NCBI GenBank assembly: GCA_951406725.2
Contig: OX597821.1
Location: forward strand, 11,780,001 to 11,844,000
Direction of reading: 5' to 3'
Length of the DNA stretch: 64,000 bases
Source of the DNA: Octopus vulgaris
Taxonomy: Eukaryota
Shown here: piece by piece, positions 13,464 to 28,711 of the stretch
Position numbering within the stretch: the first letter of the stretch is position 1
How the letters are laid out: each line of letters begins with the position of its first letter
Notes under the pieces: generated by a model
The model's database searches: none
What the model saw: the letters and a program-made list of their open reading frames with translations, nothing else
Told to the model about the DNA's origin: nothing
Position numbers and translations under genes: made by a program

Positions 13464-14594
13464 GGTCAGAATGGTTTGATTGTGTATGTCTCTGTGCACG
13501 TCTCTATGTATGTGTGTACATATATATACATGTGCTTGTGTTTTATATTTGGTTGGATGGTGTGAGTATATGTGTGCACGTTTGTGTGTGTATGTGTATA
13601 TGTGTGATTAGTATTTGTCATGGTATCGTGTGTGTGCATATATTTGTTCGCGTGTATGTGTGCGTCTATGTGTGTGTGTTTGTATGTTTGTGTGTTTTGC
13701 TTTGGTGGGGATGTTATGTGTGTGTACGGCAGTGTATGTATGTGTGTTTCTCTGTCTATGTATGAATGTGTTGTTTTAATTGTCCTGGTAGTGTGTGTGA
13801 ATAGTATTTGTCTGGGTGTTGTGTGTGCGCATGTGTGTATGTGTTTGTTCGCGTGTGCGTATGTGTGCGTGTGTATGTCTGTTTGCTTTGTGTTGGTGGG
13901 GAGGTCATGTGTGAGTACTTCAGAGTGTGTGTACATGAGTGTGAGTGTACGTGAGTGTACGTGAGTGTGAGTGTACGTGAGTGTGTGTGTCTCTGTCTGA
14001 GTATGTTTGTTTTGTTATAATTGTCCTGGTGGTGGTGGTGTGCGTGTGTGAGCTACCGTATGTGTGTATGAAGGTTCAAATGTATGTATGTGTGGGTATA
14101 TGTGGGTGTGTATGTGTTGTATCTATCAGGGGTTCTGTGTTTCCCCGTGTGTGTTGGGTTTATCCGGGTGGTGTGTATGTGTGTGCGCTTATGTTCTGTG
14201 CATGTTGGTACTTGATATGCGTTTGTGTGTGTGTAAGTATATGGGTATGGTTTATGTACCACCAGGTCAATTGTAACAACACAAACATACTCAGACACAC
14301 GCACACATTCACCTACACTCACACTCACGTGCACACACACTCACGTAAACACACGTAACACAAAACACACAAACATACACACACACACAGACGCACACAT
14401 ACACACACGTGAACAAACACATACACACATGCGCACTTGCAACAACCAGACAAATACTAATCACACACATACACACACACAAACGCACACCCATATTCTC
14501 ACACCATCCTACCAAATATAAAACACAAGCACATGTATACATACACACACATAGAGAGGTGCACAGAGACACACACACTCACACCATTCTGACC
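13464..14594. repeat. Long imperfect inverted repeat of complex GT-rich/AC-rich sequence
   Basis: Unique anchors are inverted: ggtcagaatggt/accattctgacc, ttgtgttttatatttggt/accaaatataaaacacaa, gtctgagtatgtttg/caaacatactcagac; arms ~13464-14033 and ~14258-14594. Confidence 0.85.
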
Positions 14595-15269
14595 AACGAA
14601 CGCACAATACATATCTGTACTCTACTAGTAACAACCGAGAACTGACGCTGTCTACTGACACAAATGTTTTTCGGCATGTGCCGGAGGAGCCGCATCACCC
14701 TTCACCTAAAGGATTTTACCACTGTGCCATTAGTTTTGTAGAAAAAAAAAAACTCGGATACCTTTTGAACGCATCTCGTATGTGTATGCGTGTGTGTGTG
14801 TGTGTGTGTGTGTATCTACGTGACTAACCAATTAATGATTTTACTCGTTTCAAGTAATGTCACCAGTTTCATGGCTAAAGAAATTCACACACATCTTTCC
14901 TTTTTATCATCGTGTCGTTCTCTTGGAATAGGCTTGGGAACTCAGTATAAATAGATTCTTTGTTTCTCGTTCTGCATGTCAGATATTTCCATTTTCTCGC
15001 TTTTTTAAATATAAGTTTTATATACAAATATTTTGCCTAAATTATGACCATCTATAATTCTGAGACATGGTTTCTTTAATGATTCATTGCAACATCTTTA
15101 AACTTTTAAAAGAGAATGCTAACATTAATTATTTGTTGTTCTCCTTGTACTTATGCTGTTGAACTCTCTTAATTTTTTCATAGATATAAAACCAACATTT
15201 GATATCATTTGCTACTGAATCAAATTGCTTTCTTCTGCTTAATTATAAAGATTCTGAATATTGTCTTGA

Positions 15270-17120
15270 TTATTGTGCTCTTAGTATTTCCATGGCGAGA
15301 AAAATGATGGTAATAAGAAAAAACTACATATGATGCATTACTATTGACTCCCTTCAAAGCATAAAACATTATTGTTTTCTAGATGCGCATACACTTCTGA
15401 ATATTGAAGGCCTCATGTTTTCTAATAAATTTGAAAGCAGTGTAACATCAGATTCCATTCTGAAAGAGCCACTCTGCATTTTCAACTCTTATCCCACTTT
15501 ACAGAGTTATCCTTTGGTGTGACTAATGCTGAAAGAGCTTTTCAAAGAGCGATGAATGATATAATTATCGACAATAATATCAAAGGAGGTCCCGCCTATC
15601 CCTGAAATGTTATTGTCACCGGCAAATGTATATGGGAGTGAAATGAGAAATATTCAGTTACTGAATAATTCAGTTATTGAGCGACATTGAATAACAATCA
15701 ACATTGGCGAATGTATTTTCCGCCAGATATCCATTTGTTAACGCGGTTACGCTACAAGATAGAAAATAACTCTGTGTAACCTGGCCCGGAAAAATTAAAA
15801 TGACTCGCTCTATTACACGGCATAGATCAATGTTAATCTAAAATTACACTTGATTTATTTAGTTACAATTCTATAGTCTCTTTAATCGGAACACGTTCAA
15901 CCTCGATGGGAACTTGCTTTCCATAGCAAAAGAAACACTGTTATATTCGGTTTAAAACTTCAATAATTCGTGCTGCGCTTTCTCACCTATCTTAACTGAA
16001 GTTTTAATACAAGTTCAGATTGTTACGTCTGGAACAATAGAACTCTTCAATAATCTGAAGTAAATCTCTGATTGATTGAACTCAACGTTCTAGCTATTAG
16101 AGAAAGTGCTAGGGTGTGGAAAAATGTTCGTTTTGCATTTTGATGCCATTTTACAAGTCACAAAACTAATGAGAAAAAAAAATCAATAAGTGTAAGGTTT
16201 GCTTTGGCATATAGAAGTATGTCGTCCTAAAAATAGACAAAACTGGCAAACATAACAATCCTGACGAGAATATTACCAGATTCATTTTATTATACATCTC
16301 GAATAATCTTGAATTTATATAATATTTTGAGTCAAGGGTTACTCAACTATATTATTCAATTATAGAGTTACTCAATTATGGCACGATGACTAGTAACTCA
16401 GGCAACAGATATTCGGAATTGAAACTATTATTTTAGCATCCGCTTCATGCCACAGTTGACGTTGTTTTATAATAATTTAAACGACTTATCGATAGCGAAT
16501 CTCTCTTCCACTGATTAACACATATCACTAGTGGCTTATGGTTATAGTTAAATATTGCAAGTCCAGATATTACAGCTGCTACAGTACTTCACTGTTTTCA
16601 ATATTATATTCTCCTTTGGTAACTCCTGTTTTAATTCACTCAGACCTATGTCTGCAAATTATGTCTAGTATTGTTTGAGTCCTTTTTTTATGGGAACAAA
16701 GATATTTTTCAAACTGAAACAATTCTTTACCATTATAAGAGAAGCAATCGAGCGAAACATTTACATTATACTCTATGAAGAACAATAACACTTGCCGTTT
16801 GTTCAAGAAAGTTACCAGGAAATATGATAAAGAGACGTTTTATAAGAATCGATTTATGCGGTTCGATACTTCTCATTCACCTCTACTAACCAGACGCTTT
16901 ATGAAAGAATAATTAACTTAAATCACCGCTCATCAACAACATTTTTACTTATATGGCATTTTAAACATAAAAATTTGCCGAGACAATTTCGTTCTATAAA
17001 TAAATAAAAGCCGAATATTGATGATATTAAATCAACTGGTGCTTCTCATCACTTTGCGTGTATCAAAACCGGCACAGTTGTATTGACACTATCATAACAG
17101 AAAATCTATCAAACCTTTGG
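15270..17120 (+). mobile_element. Decayed Ty3/Gypsy pol (RT to integrase)
   Basis: PWR..TIDSLQSIKHYCFLDAHTLLNIE, LKAV*HQIP, FTELSFGVTNAERAFQRAMND..AYP*NVIVTGK (RT); PDITAATV, LIHSD, RTITLAVCSRKLP, STNQTLYERIIN (integrase); many stops and frameshifts. Confidence 0.85.
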
Positions 17121-17477
17121 GTTCCACTGAAGAAAATTGTACAATTGTCTGATGCAGTGTTGACTTGGAACTGGCTCAAACAACTTCTGTGCTAGTTGAT
17201 GGATACCCTCTCAATGACTGTCACAATGAAATGCTGTGACACTGAACTCAAAATATGCGCTACCTGGAGTAAACACAGACGTTCACAACTTTGATTCTTA
17301 TTCTGAAATTGGACGTCTTAACCAAATAACAGTTTTGACTGCTTCTGGTTATAACAAATAAACGCTTAGACAACAATAAAGAAGAAGAATTATATCCCAC
17401 ATGAGGGGTACAATGAAATTATTTCTTCCGTTGGAAACGAAAACCAAATATCAGCCAAATCAAATTTTCTTCGTCTT

Positions 17478-19160
<1,683 letters not shown>

Positions 19161-19619
19161 CGAACTGCTATGTTCGAAATCATCGATGTTCCTTATCATA
19201 ACGCCGTATATCATAATGAAAACTCCCTAGGAAATCAAAACAGAGTGAAGAACCTGTTAGCAATTCCCCAAATTAGCTAAATCGTACTTGTTTACATCGG
19301 TGATCGGCAACCGGCTGAAAAACAGAAAATTTTTTAGAAAATAACAAACATAATTTTTAAAGAAAAATAACCGGTGATGGAAGCCATGACAGCTCTAATA
19401 GTGATAATGATAAAACTATTGTGCGAAAAGAATATTATGGTCTTTCATTCCTATGTTTTTTTCTTTTGAAAAATATAACAAATATGTTGGTCTTAAATTC
19501 GATGAGGCAAATAATAATACACAGTAACACTGATGTGAAATAGAATACAGTACATATGTAAATAAACATATGTCACAATGCAATAGAAGAGGGAGGAGAT
19601 AAAAGTGTCCTCATCGAAG

Positions 19620-20260
19620 ATTAACAGCAAATTGATTGAGGATTTCAGAGAAAATTCGAATGAAGCATTTGGCGCCTGAATAATCAAGAAAAGAGAAACA
19701 GAAGATGCAGCGTGTAGCAGCAGTAGATAGTAAGACATATTCGTAGACAAGCTCGTAGGTAGGAACACTTATAAATGGACAGGATTATAAATAGAGAGGT
19801 TGAAGGACGGTGTAGAGAGGTAGCCTTCACAGAGTAGCGCACAAATATATAGCTTCGCTTCAGACACTATTCCTAACAGAACTGGGGGAAGAGTCCCGGT
19901 TGAAATATTTAACACGAGAACTTGTTTCCTCTGATCTGAGCAGATCTAAAAATCCGATGCGTGGAGAAACGAAAAGCCAAGGTTTCCAAAGGCTGAACAA
20001 ACGGATAAGTACCTACAATTGCAAGGACCGAGCTGGCGGAAGAGTGATTGCCTGAAGGACTATCTCTGAAGTCATAGCTGAAGAAGCAGACGTACGCTGT
20101 CTGAATGCAGTCCGTTGAATTTTCGCGACCTAATTCAGTATTTTACGTTTCAGGTATGCTGTAAAGGATGTTCACAACACAACACTGCGTAAATTACATC
20201 TGGTTGATCAGACTCCATCCAAACCAAAACACCACTGTCATTTCTTCACTGACCTGTTTT
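19620..20260 (-). mobile_element. Possible highly degenerate CR1/L2-group RT fragment
   Basis: Minus strand gives, in the expected order, FFSYDF..NHSSA, LHASDF*ICSD..VLNIS, LSIYKCSYLRACL, AASSVSLF; weak similarity only. Confidence 0.3.
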
Positions 20261-20463
20261 ATGGAACTATAAACAAAGAAAGAAAAACGGGTAAGGAAAA
20301 GAGAAGGCTCCCCCGATAAGATACATTAAGACACATATAGATCGGTAAGTATGTATGTTTACATGTATGTGTGCAGTAGTTTTCGAGTCTATAAGGAACA
20401 CACGAAAACACATAAAGACATTGACTTTTATATAATACACACACACACACACACACACACACG

Positions 20464-20503
<40 letters not shown>

Positions 20504-20649
20504 CTGTATATATATGTATGTGTGTGTAGATTGCTAGATACAAATGAATGGGCAAACAAGAATATGAAACACTGCCTTGAAGAATTTTTTGTGGAATGAA
20601 TCGACCACAGTGCATTTTTAATTTCTTTTTATAAATCTGGCATTTATTC

Positions 20650-20773
20650 TATGGGTCGCTTCTTATCAAAGCAGTAATTTATGGAGATGTAAGTAAACCA
20701 ACACCAGTTGTCATGCAGTGATTAGGGAAAAACACATACACATATACCCACACATACACACACACTCACACAT

Positions 20774-20804
<31 letters not shown>

Positions 20805-20982
20805 AACATGTATATATACGATGGATCTCTTTCACTTTCTGTCTACTTAATCCATTCACAAGTCTTTCGGTGGACTGAGGCTATAGTAGAAGGCACCTAT
20901 AGTAGAAGGTTACAACAGAGTAGGACTGAACTCGGGACCATGTACTTTGGAACCACGTTTCTTACCACGCAGCCACACCTGC

Positions 20983-20985
<3 letters not shown>
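20650..20985 (-). mobile_element. SINE family B, degenerate
   Basis: Matches reverse complement of 62163-62618 including the internal CA/TA tract. Confidence 0.75.
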
Positions 20986-21027
<42 letters not shown>

Positions 21028-21489
21028 TATATACATATACATGTATACTATACATATATATATATATATATATATCTATAAAAATAAATATGTGCAGTTA
21101 CATACATATATATATATATGAGATAATTTCACTTTAATAGTTTTAGTACTAATAGCAAGACTATTAAACTGAAAGTATCTCACATTACACTAGAGAGATG
21201 TTTTCACTTTTGACACGTAATACTGAGATAGTGTAAGAGATAAGAGATTTCTCTCGGCGCGCATTAAGCAAAATGTTGAAAATGCCTTTGGCCCATGACA
21301 CTGCATCGACTCTAATTAAGGCATGTGTAAAATTTGAATGAAATCCGTTTTGTAGTTCTCGAGTTTTAGGGATTCTCACGCACACAATGAAACAGAGACA
21401 CAGATTCTCATCTTTATATATATATAAATATATCTATATGTATGTATGTGTGTGTGTGAGAGTTTGGGTGTGGATAAATATGTGTGTAT

Positions 21490-21652
21490 ACTTATATGCG
21501 AGAGGCTTCTTCGAGTTTCCATATATCAACTCCACTCAAAAATGTTTGGTTGGCCCGAGGCTATAGTAGAAGACCCTATCCAAAGGTGCCAAACAGTGGA
21601 ACTGAACCCGGACTCATGTGGTTGGGAAGCATCTCACCACACAGCTACGCTT
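21490..21652 (-). mobile_element. SINE family B, 5' half
   Basis: ggcccgaggctatagtagaagac...gggactgaacccgg-like...accacacagc. Confidence 0.75.
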
Positions 21653-21655
21653 GAG

Positions 21656-21715
<60 letters not shown>

Positions 21716-21716
<1 letters not shown>

Positions 21717-21944
21717 TTTATTTAAAGCAGCAGAAAATTCAACAAAACCTGTTACTCTGAGTCTCCCGTTACCGTTCATCGGACAGTTTTGCTGGTTCTA
21801 TAAATATAGATGAACGGAAACGTGAAACTCAGAGTAACAGGTTTTGTTGAATTTTCTGCTGCTTTAAATAAAGCATTTTACTCTACCACTGGTATTTGAG
21901 TACTCTTTTTTCCACCTTGTTTCACATTTATGTGTTTACTCCGG
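21716..21944 (+). mobile_element. (TA)n-flanked fold-back element with an HHR motif in each arm
   Basis: Inverted repeat 21716-21780 / 21809-21873; plus: GATGA-ACG-GAAA-CGT-GAAAC-TCAGA-GTA-ACAG (21809-21840); minus: CTGT-CCGATGA-ACG-GTAA-CGG-GAGAC-TCAGA-GTA-ACAG (21749-21786). Confidence 0.8.
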
Positions 21945-21976
<32 letters not shown>

Positions 21977-22483
21977 TATATCGGCGCAGGCGTGACTCTG
22001 TGGTAAGATGGTTCCCAACCACATACATACATATATGTGCGTGTTTGTGTGTTTGCATGTGTGTGTGTTTGAAAGTGTGTAGGTATACATATACTTATAT
22101 TTATAGAACTTGCTATATTCGAAATTACAGCACAGTTCTTGGATCTTAAGATCGTAAGTGCTACACACAAAACACTAAACCTTGCGCCTTCACGCGAACC
22201 TAATATATCAATTTATCTAAAGATTTATATATGCATACTCAAACACATACAGAGACATACACACACACACGCACACACAAGCACAAACAGGCATATACGC
22301 ATATATATGTCCATGTATATTGTAATGGCATTTGGAAACGAGAAATAGTCAAAACGATCGCAATGCAAATTTTAAATTAAGAACACATTAGAAAATCTGC
22401 ACTTGCATTTTGTGTTAAGTTCTTCATCAGAAATTAATCCTCTTTGATTGGATCTATTTCAACGAAATACTTCCCAGAAGTTT

Positions 22484-22576
22484 GTATGTATGTATGTATG
22501 TATGTATGTATGTATGTATGTATGTATGTATGTATGTATGTATGTATGTATGTATGTATGTATGTATGTATGTATG

Positions 22577-22610
<34 letters not shown>

Positions 22611-22620
22611 TGTATGTATG

Positions 22621-22654
<34 letters not shown>

Positions 22655-23220
22655 TGTATGTATGTATGTATGTATGCATGTATGAATGTATATAAGTATG
22701 TATGTATGTAAATATGTATGCATGCATGTATATATGTGTGTATGTATGTATGTATCTATGTATGTATGCATGTTTGAATGTGTTGCTGTATGTATACATG
22801 TATGTATGTACCTATGTACGTATGTATGTGTGTATGTATTCATGTATGTGTGTGTTTATGTATGTATGTATGCATGTATGTATGTACCTATGTACGCATG
22901 TATGTGTGTACGTATTCATGTATGTGTGTTTATGTATGTATGTATGTTTGCATGTATGCGTGTATGTCTGCACATGTGTATGTATACATATATGTATGTA
23001 TTCATGTGGGCACATATGTAACTGTGCATGTATGTACATATGCGTATATTTTTGCATGTATGTATGCATATGTATGCATGTATGCATACATGTATATGCA
23101 TGGCCGTATGTATGTAAGTGTGTGCGTAAATACACATATATATATATGCATATGTATTTGTGACTCAATTTGTGCGCGTGTGCATGTGTGTGCTCGTGTA
23201 TATGCGTCTGTGTGTGTGCG
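22484..23220. repeat. (TATG)n microsatellite decaying to the right
   Basis: Directly visible. Confidence 0.95.
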
Positions 23221-23964
23221 CGCGGGCATGTTATACAGGATCAATTACGACGATGAATCATGCCCGAGTGAAACTGTAATAGAGATACAAACGAGCAATG
23301 GAAATATGTGTAGGAAATATACACTGTACTTTTTTCTACGTGGCTGCTATTGTTTTTAATATGGACCATTTCTGGGATTGTTGCCATAGCTGTTAAGTTA
23401 TCGCGTACCGTTTCGCGGCTAAACAAGTACACGAACTGCTGTTTAACAAACAAATACATGTAAATAATATTATAATTTGACACCCTTAAGCTAGAATATA
23501 TTTATATTAAAAGCATTTTGCAGAAGAATTTGGCAATTTTTCCCTTCAGGAAATAATATTTCTTTTAATATTTTGCTAAAAAAAAAATATTGTGTGACAT
23601 GTAAAAAAAATAACAAAAAAAAAAGTGAAAACCTGGAAACTCGACAGGGATGTACATGTTCTTATTATTTTCCATTTATTTAGTTTCGTTTGTTAAACGT
23701 CACCCTCACCACCAAGCTATTTCACTTCGTTTGTTAAGCGACACCATCACCACAAATTTTGTGTATTTGATAATATAGATTTCTGAAAACATCACTATGC
23801 CTCAGGTTATGTAGAAAAACACAAATGGAAAGTTGGGACGTGTATAACTTTTTTTTTCTGAAAGAAGGTTCCAAATAGAATGCATTTCAATTCGAGGGTT
23901 CGTTTATTCGAAAATAAAAAAATAAAAACATAAAAACGTAAGAAAAATATATAAAATATCGACA

Positions 23965-24017
23965 ATAGCAATAATACTAATACTAACACTAATAATAATA
24001 ATAATAATAATGATAAT

Positions 24018-24085
<68 letters not shown>

Positions 24086-24208
24086 CACCAACAATTCTAA
24101 TAATAATAATGGTGCTACAAGGGTAGCAATTTCAGGGTAGGGGATAATTCGTATTCATCGACCCCAAAAAGGTTAAAGGTAAAGTCGACCTCAACAGAAT
24201 TTGAACTC

Positions 24209-24304
<96 letters not shown>

Positions 24305-24326
24305 TGATGATGATGATGATGATGAT
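23965..24326. repeat. (AAT)n tracts enclosing a SINE A fragment (~24115-24210, minus strand)
   Basis: Directly visible; aaaggtaaagtcgacctc..gaatttgaactca. Confidence 0.85.
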
Positions 24327-24327
24327 G

Positions 24328-24803
24328 GAAGTGTTATCATGTACATTGTTTTGTCTTGGTATAAAAGATGGGCTACAGCAAATATTCTGCTCAATACCAC
24401 AGTATTGCTTGTTAGTTGTTTGACCTTATATAGTTTAGCATGTCCCTTAGTGACTGACGATATGTGCATCTTTGATCACGAGCAGATGTAGTGGGGGAGC
24501 ATCATAACCATGTGTTGAGAAAGATTTTGGGGGTTTGAATAATTCACCTTTGGAATCATGGGTAATTCGTTCAACTTCCTTAAACGACCCTGGATGCGTT
24601 ATTCGACCAGATGAAAGTTCTAACTGGGTCTCACCGGCAAGGTCAAGTACTGCTTATCTCGATATGAGGTCACCATGTTGCGAACATGGTTGTGATGCAT
24701 GTGCTTAGTGTACCCTTATGAGACGGGTAGTCAAGATGGGTATACTGGGCTTCGTATATTTTATCCCAGTGTCACTTTGATGGCATGCACTGCTCTCACA
24801 CAC
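24328..24803 (+). mobile_element. (AAT)n-inserted element, copy 2, 5'-truncated by ~55 bp
   Basis: Homologous to ~5108-5608; followed by (AAT)n. Confidence 0.85.
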
Positions 24804-24828
24804 AATAATGATAATAATAACAATAATA

Positions 24829-24859
<31 letters not shown>

Positions 24860-25014
24860 TGATAATAATAAATAATAATAATAATATCGTCTTGAATTCA
24901 TTTGATTACTAGCAATAATAATACATATATTTAATTGAACTTTGTATAATTACTACTCCTCAAAACATTGCTACTAATAGTACATTTAACAACAACAACT
25001 ACAATAATAATAAT

Positions 25015-25050
<36 letters not shown>

Positions 25051-26759
25051 TCAAAAGGATTGACGCAACTCATCATAAAGGTAAACAGACAAGACGAAGA
25101 GCGCGATGCGATTACAATAGATATTTTATTGGTTGAACGCTATGTCTTCGTCGAGTTCAAAATAAAAATTCAAAATTATAGAAATTCAAGTCAAAAATAT
25201 GAATGAGAGCAACGAGTGTCCACATCTTGATGGAATTACATTACCATTCTTGAAGTTACAATTTTATAACTGGCGAAAAGAAAAAGGCAGAAAAATAAGA
25301 AAGGAAAAAAAGAGGAAAGGAAAAAGAAAAGGAAAAAGAAGAATATTTAATCAAACCGTTTGTGTAAATTTCATGAAATTCTCCTGTCATTTTATTTATT
25401 CCTGTAGGATGTGATGTTAATAACCCGAAAACATATTTCTCCGCATGCATTTTGAGAAGCGAAAATGAAGCAGATTCAGAATATTTTCTGAGAATATACA
25501 CTTTGAAGTCTTTTTTCAAAATTGCAGCCATTTGAAGCCAAATGTTCGTCAAGTTATGTCTAACTAGTGTTATTGTCCCTCACGTCATATCTGTGTCCAT
25601 CAAATCTTTTGTTTAATTGTTCTGTTATACGACCAACATAAATCAAGTTGTGTTTCGCGCATTCTGCTGCGTACAAAAAGGGAAACTCTACATGTTTTAA
25701 GTGAAGATTTCGAGCAAAACCCAAAAGGTAGTCAGGAATCTAATGCGAGTAAGACTCTGAAAACCACTTGCCCAAGGAGGAATAAGTAATATGAGAATTT
25801 TATCAAATTTACACAAAAGTGCTGGATTAAATATTCTCCTACTATTTTCCAAAATATCAAGTCATCTCCACTCTAAGCAACGCACGCATATTCCATCATC
25901 GGCAGAGATACGGTCATGATATTACCTGAGAAATTGAGTTGATAATCTCGAAGTAATTTTGTAGAAGCTAGGAAAATGCTATAACCTCCGAAGCTTCATC
26001 GTTCGCGCCCGTTTGTGCCTTAAAATGTTGTGTTCTGCTGTTCCCCTGTTTTTACCCTTTTTAAAATGCCATAATCACAACGCCTTAAAATGGCTTTGAT
26101 TTACAGGAATGACAAGTGAGATTCCTGCTTAAAGTTATCAGTAGCGACTCTTTTGTTTCTCGGCCCACCCCATTAAGCAAAAGCCTGGGATTCCATGTCA
26201 ATGAGAATTTGTATATTCACAGATTGACACTGATGGAACATCACCAAACACCAACATCAGCGACCATTTACCTATAATGTGCGATGAAGGTGACGACGAT
26301 TCAGGTGTCAACAACGCTGCAGAAATCTTTTTTACCAGTCACGAATTCTCTAATATTAGTTTTATTGGTACGTTATTCACGCAATAACTGAGCTTGCAGT
26401 ATCGGTAGTTTTTAAAGGAAACTATCGTATATTCTCCATCACCTAATATTGCAAACTTTACCGTTCGAACCGACGAAAGGTGACACAAGACAAGTCCTGT
26501 ATCTTTAAGAAGATATATCTAACTTAAGATTCTCTCTCAGTCCCTCAAATAGCGTAGCAATTACTTTGTGGCATATAACAGCGGTCTTTTACTTTTTCCT
26601 GTCGTATAATAGTTGTTTGAATTGAGGTCATACTTTCGACGTTATGTGCTAAAATGTAATTGGTTTGAGAATTTCATCGTGTTTACAAAATTATTGAAAT
26701 TACTTGTACCAGTGCCAGTATCGTTAGAAAATCATTGCTCGCCCTTCTCGCTGTAGGAG

Positions 26760-27869
26760 TTGGCAGAGTATTTGCCAACAATTAAATTCATTTCCAGGGG
26801 TGTCAAATATGCAACGGTGTGGTTGCTATTTGACACCCCTGGAGAGGCTTGCAAATTTGCTTGTAAACCCCTGGAGGGTAAGGAAATTTTATTCCTGCCC
26901 ACGTACCAAAAAAAGAGACTGACAAAAGCTTGGATTTGCAGGCTGCCACCCGGGATAGAACCCGAGTGGATAGAGGAGACTATCCGCCGGGGTCTGGGTA
27001 GCAGCGAAACTAAGCTCCTTAATGTGAAAGTTCTTCCTGCGGCTGCTTGGGTTGGGTCAAAAGCAATTTTGACCCTTTGGACCCAATCAGCCAATCTGGT
27101 TCTTCCAGATTTTTTGAAAATGGCCGGGTGCAGGTACCCGGTGATGCTTGAGGGTCGCCCCCCTAAGTGTCATCGGTGCTTGGAGTCCGGCCATATAAAG
27201 AAGAACTGTCCCCGGGAACAAAATAGGATCCCGGAACAGTTAAGTGAAACCCCTGTAGAAGAGGGAATGATAACGGCCGAGGAAGCAGAGGACTCCTCAA
27301 ACAGAGGCCGAAAGAGGAAGGTGAGCAGCAATGGGTGCTCACCAAAGGATACTAGGGATGAGGAGGGAAAGGCGAATCTTCCGGCCACGGAGGAGACGCA
27401 CCCACCCTCAGTTGAAAAGAAAAAAAAGAAAAAGAGGAAGAGAAACGGGACATTACCGGCAGTTGGTGACATAGTACCGGAATGCCCCGGAACTATGTTG
27501 GTTGGGGTTGTGCCACCGACAGGAGAAGAAACACCGTTGGCGGGAACTGTGCCGCCAACGAAATAATTGAATATCCCGCACCCGAGGAAAAACGATGTTT
27601 TGATCCTCTTCCATAGAGGTGGAGAGATTGAAAAGGTGATGGAAAAGCACCACAAGGGAGCACCTTTAGCCTTCACACAGGACCCCGAATGGCCTCCGCA
27701 GGTAGCTGTGGAGGTCGTGGCGTTCGACGTGACGCTTGGGCTGAAGGAGCTCAATGAGGATTATAGCTTGGTCCCGGGCGACGCTAACTCGGAACTTGAT
27801 TACATTCTGAGGGAGGCGTGGTGGATGGTGGAGGATGCGGGCACAAGTTATTTTGAGGACGAGTCATAA
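26760..27869 (+). pseudogene. Gag/ORF1-like zinc-knuckle protein of a non-LTR-type element; one in-frame TAA at 27564-27566
   Basis: CX2CX4HX4C knuckle in RYPVMLEGRPPKCHRCLESGHIKKNCP; basic tract KKKKKKRKR; ORFs 26760-27566 and 27567-27869 share a frame; visibly more GC-rich than flanks; no ATG at the 5' end. Confidence 0.75.
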
Positions 27870-28242
27870 ATTGTGATACGACTTGAGGGGCCCCGACCTA
27901 GAGCTGGCGCATTCCTAAGGGAAGTGTAAGCCAGGTCTGGGAGGAGGGGCTTTGTGTATTATATTTATATCAGATGTAATTATTGAACCATAATGTTGTT
28001 AGTAATGGACTGTTAAGTTCAAAAATTAAAAAGTTGTAAAAATTGTAAGAGGTTTAATACCTCGTTTTGTGTTTGCTTTTAAAAGAACAATGTTTTAGAG
28101 AAGCAGAAGTCGGCGGGCGCTTTTCGTCTTCTCCCATCCTCATCATCCTTCTTTCATTATCATTCATTTCATTAATGTCCTCGTCCAGCCCGCAAAGCTC
28201 ACTTACTCTATGTACTGCCTTAATGGCAAATGTTATGAAATA

Positions 28243-28385
28243 AAGTAGCTTGTTTACCAACCACATGGTTCCGGGTTCAGTCCTACTGCGTGGCACCTTG
28301 GGCAAGTGTCTTCTGCTATAGCATCGGGCCGACCAAAGCCTTGTGAGTGGATTTGGTAGACGGAAACTGAAAGAAGTCCGTCGTA

Positions 28386-28452
<67 letters not shown>

Positions 28453-28685
28453 TGTGTGTGTGTGTGTGTTTGTGTGTCTGTGTTTGTCCCCCTAGCATTG
28501 CTTGACAACCGATGCTGGTGTGTTTATGTCCCCGTTACTTAGCGGTTCGGCAAAAAAGACCGATAGAATAAGTACTAGTCTTACAAAAAAGAATAAGTCG
28601 CGGGGTCGAGTTGCTCGATTAAAGGCGGTGCTCCAGCATGGCCGCAGTCAAATGACTGAAACAAGTAAAAGAGTAAAGAGTAAGA
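28243..28685 (+). mobile_element. SINE family B with internal (TA)n(TG)n
   Basis: Very similar to 62163-62618; tRNA-like B-box gggttcagtcc. Confidence 0.9.
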
Positions 28686-28711
28686 TGTAAAGAAAAAAAA
28701 CAATAGGAAAA

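Noticed and set aside
23481-23900. Possible old MITE with degenerate inverted ends and a ~40-bp tandem duplication
   Set aside because: End identity is low in AT-rich sequence and no TSD is seen
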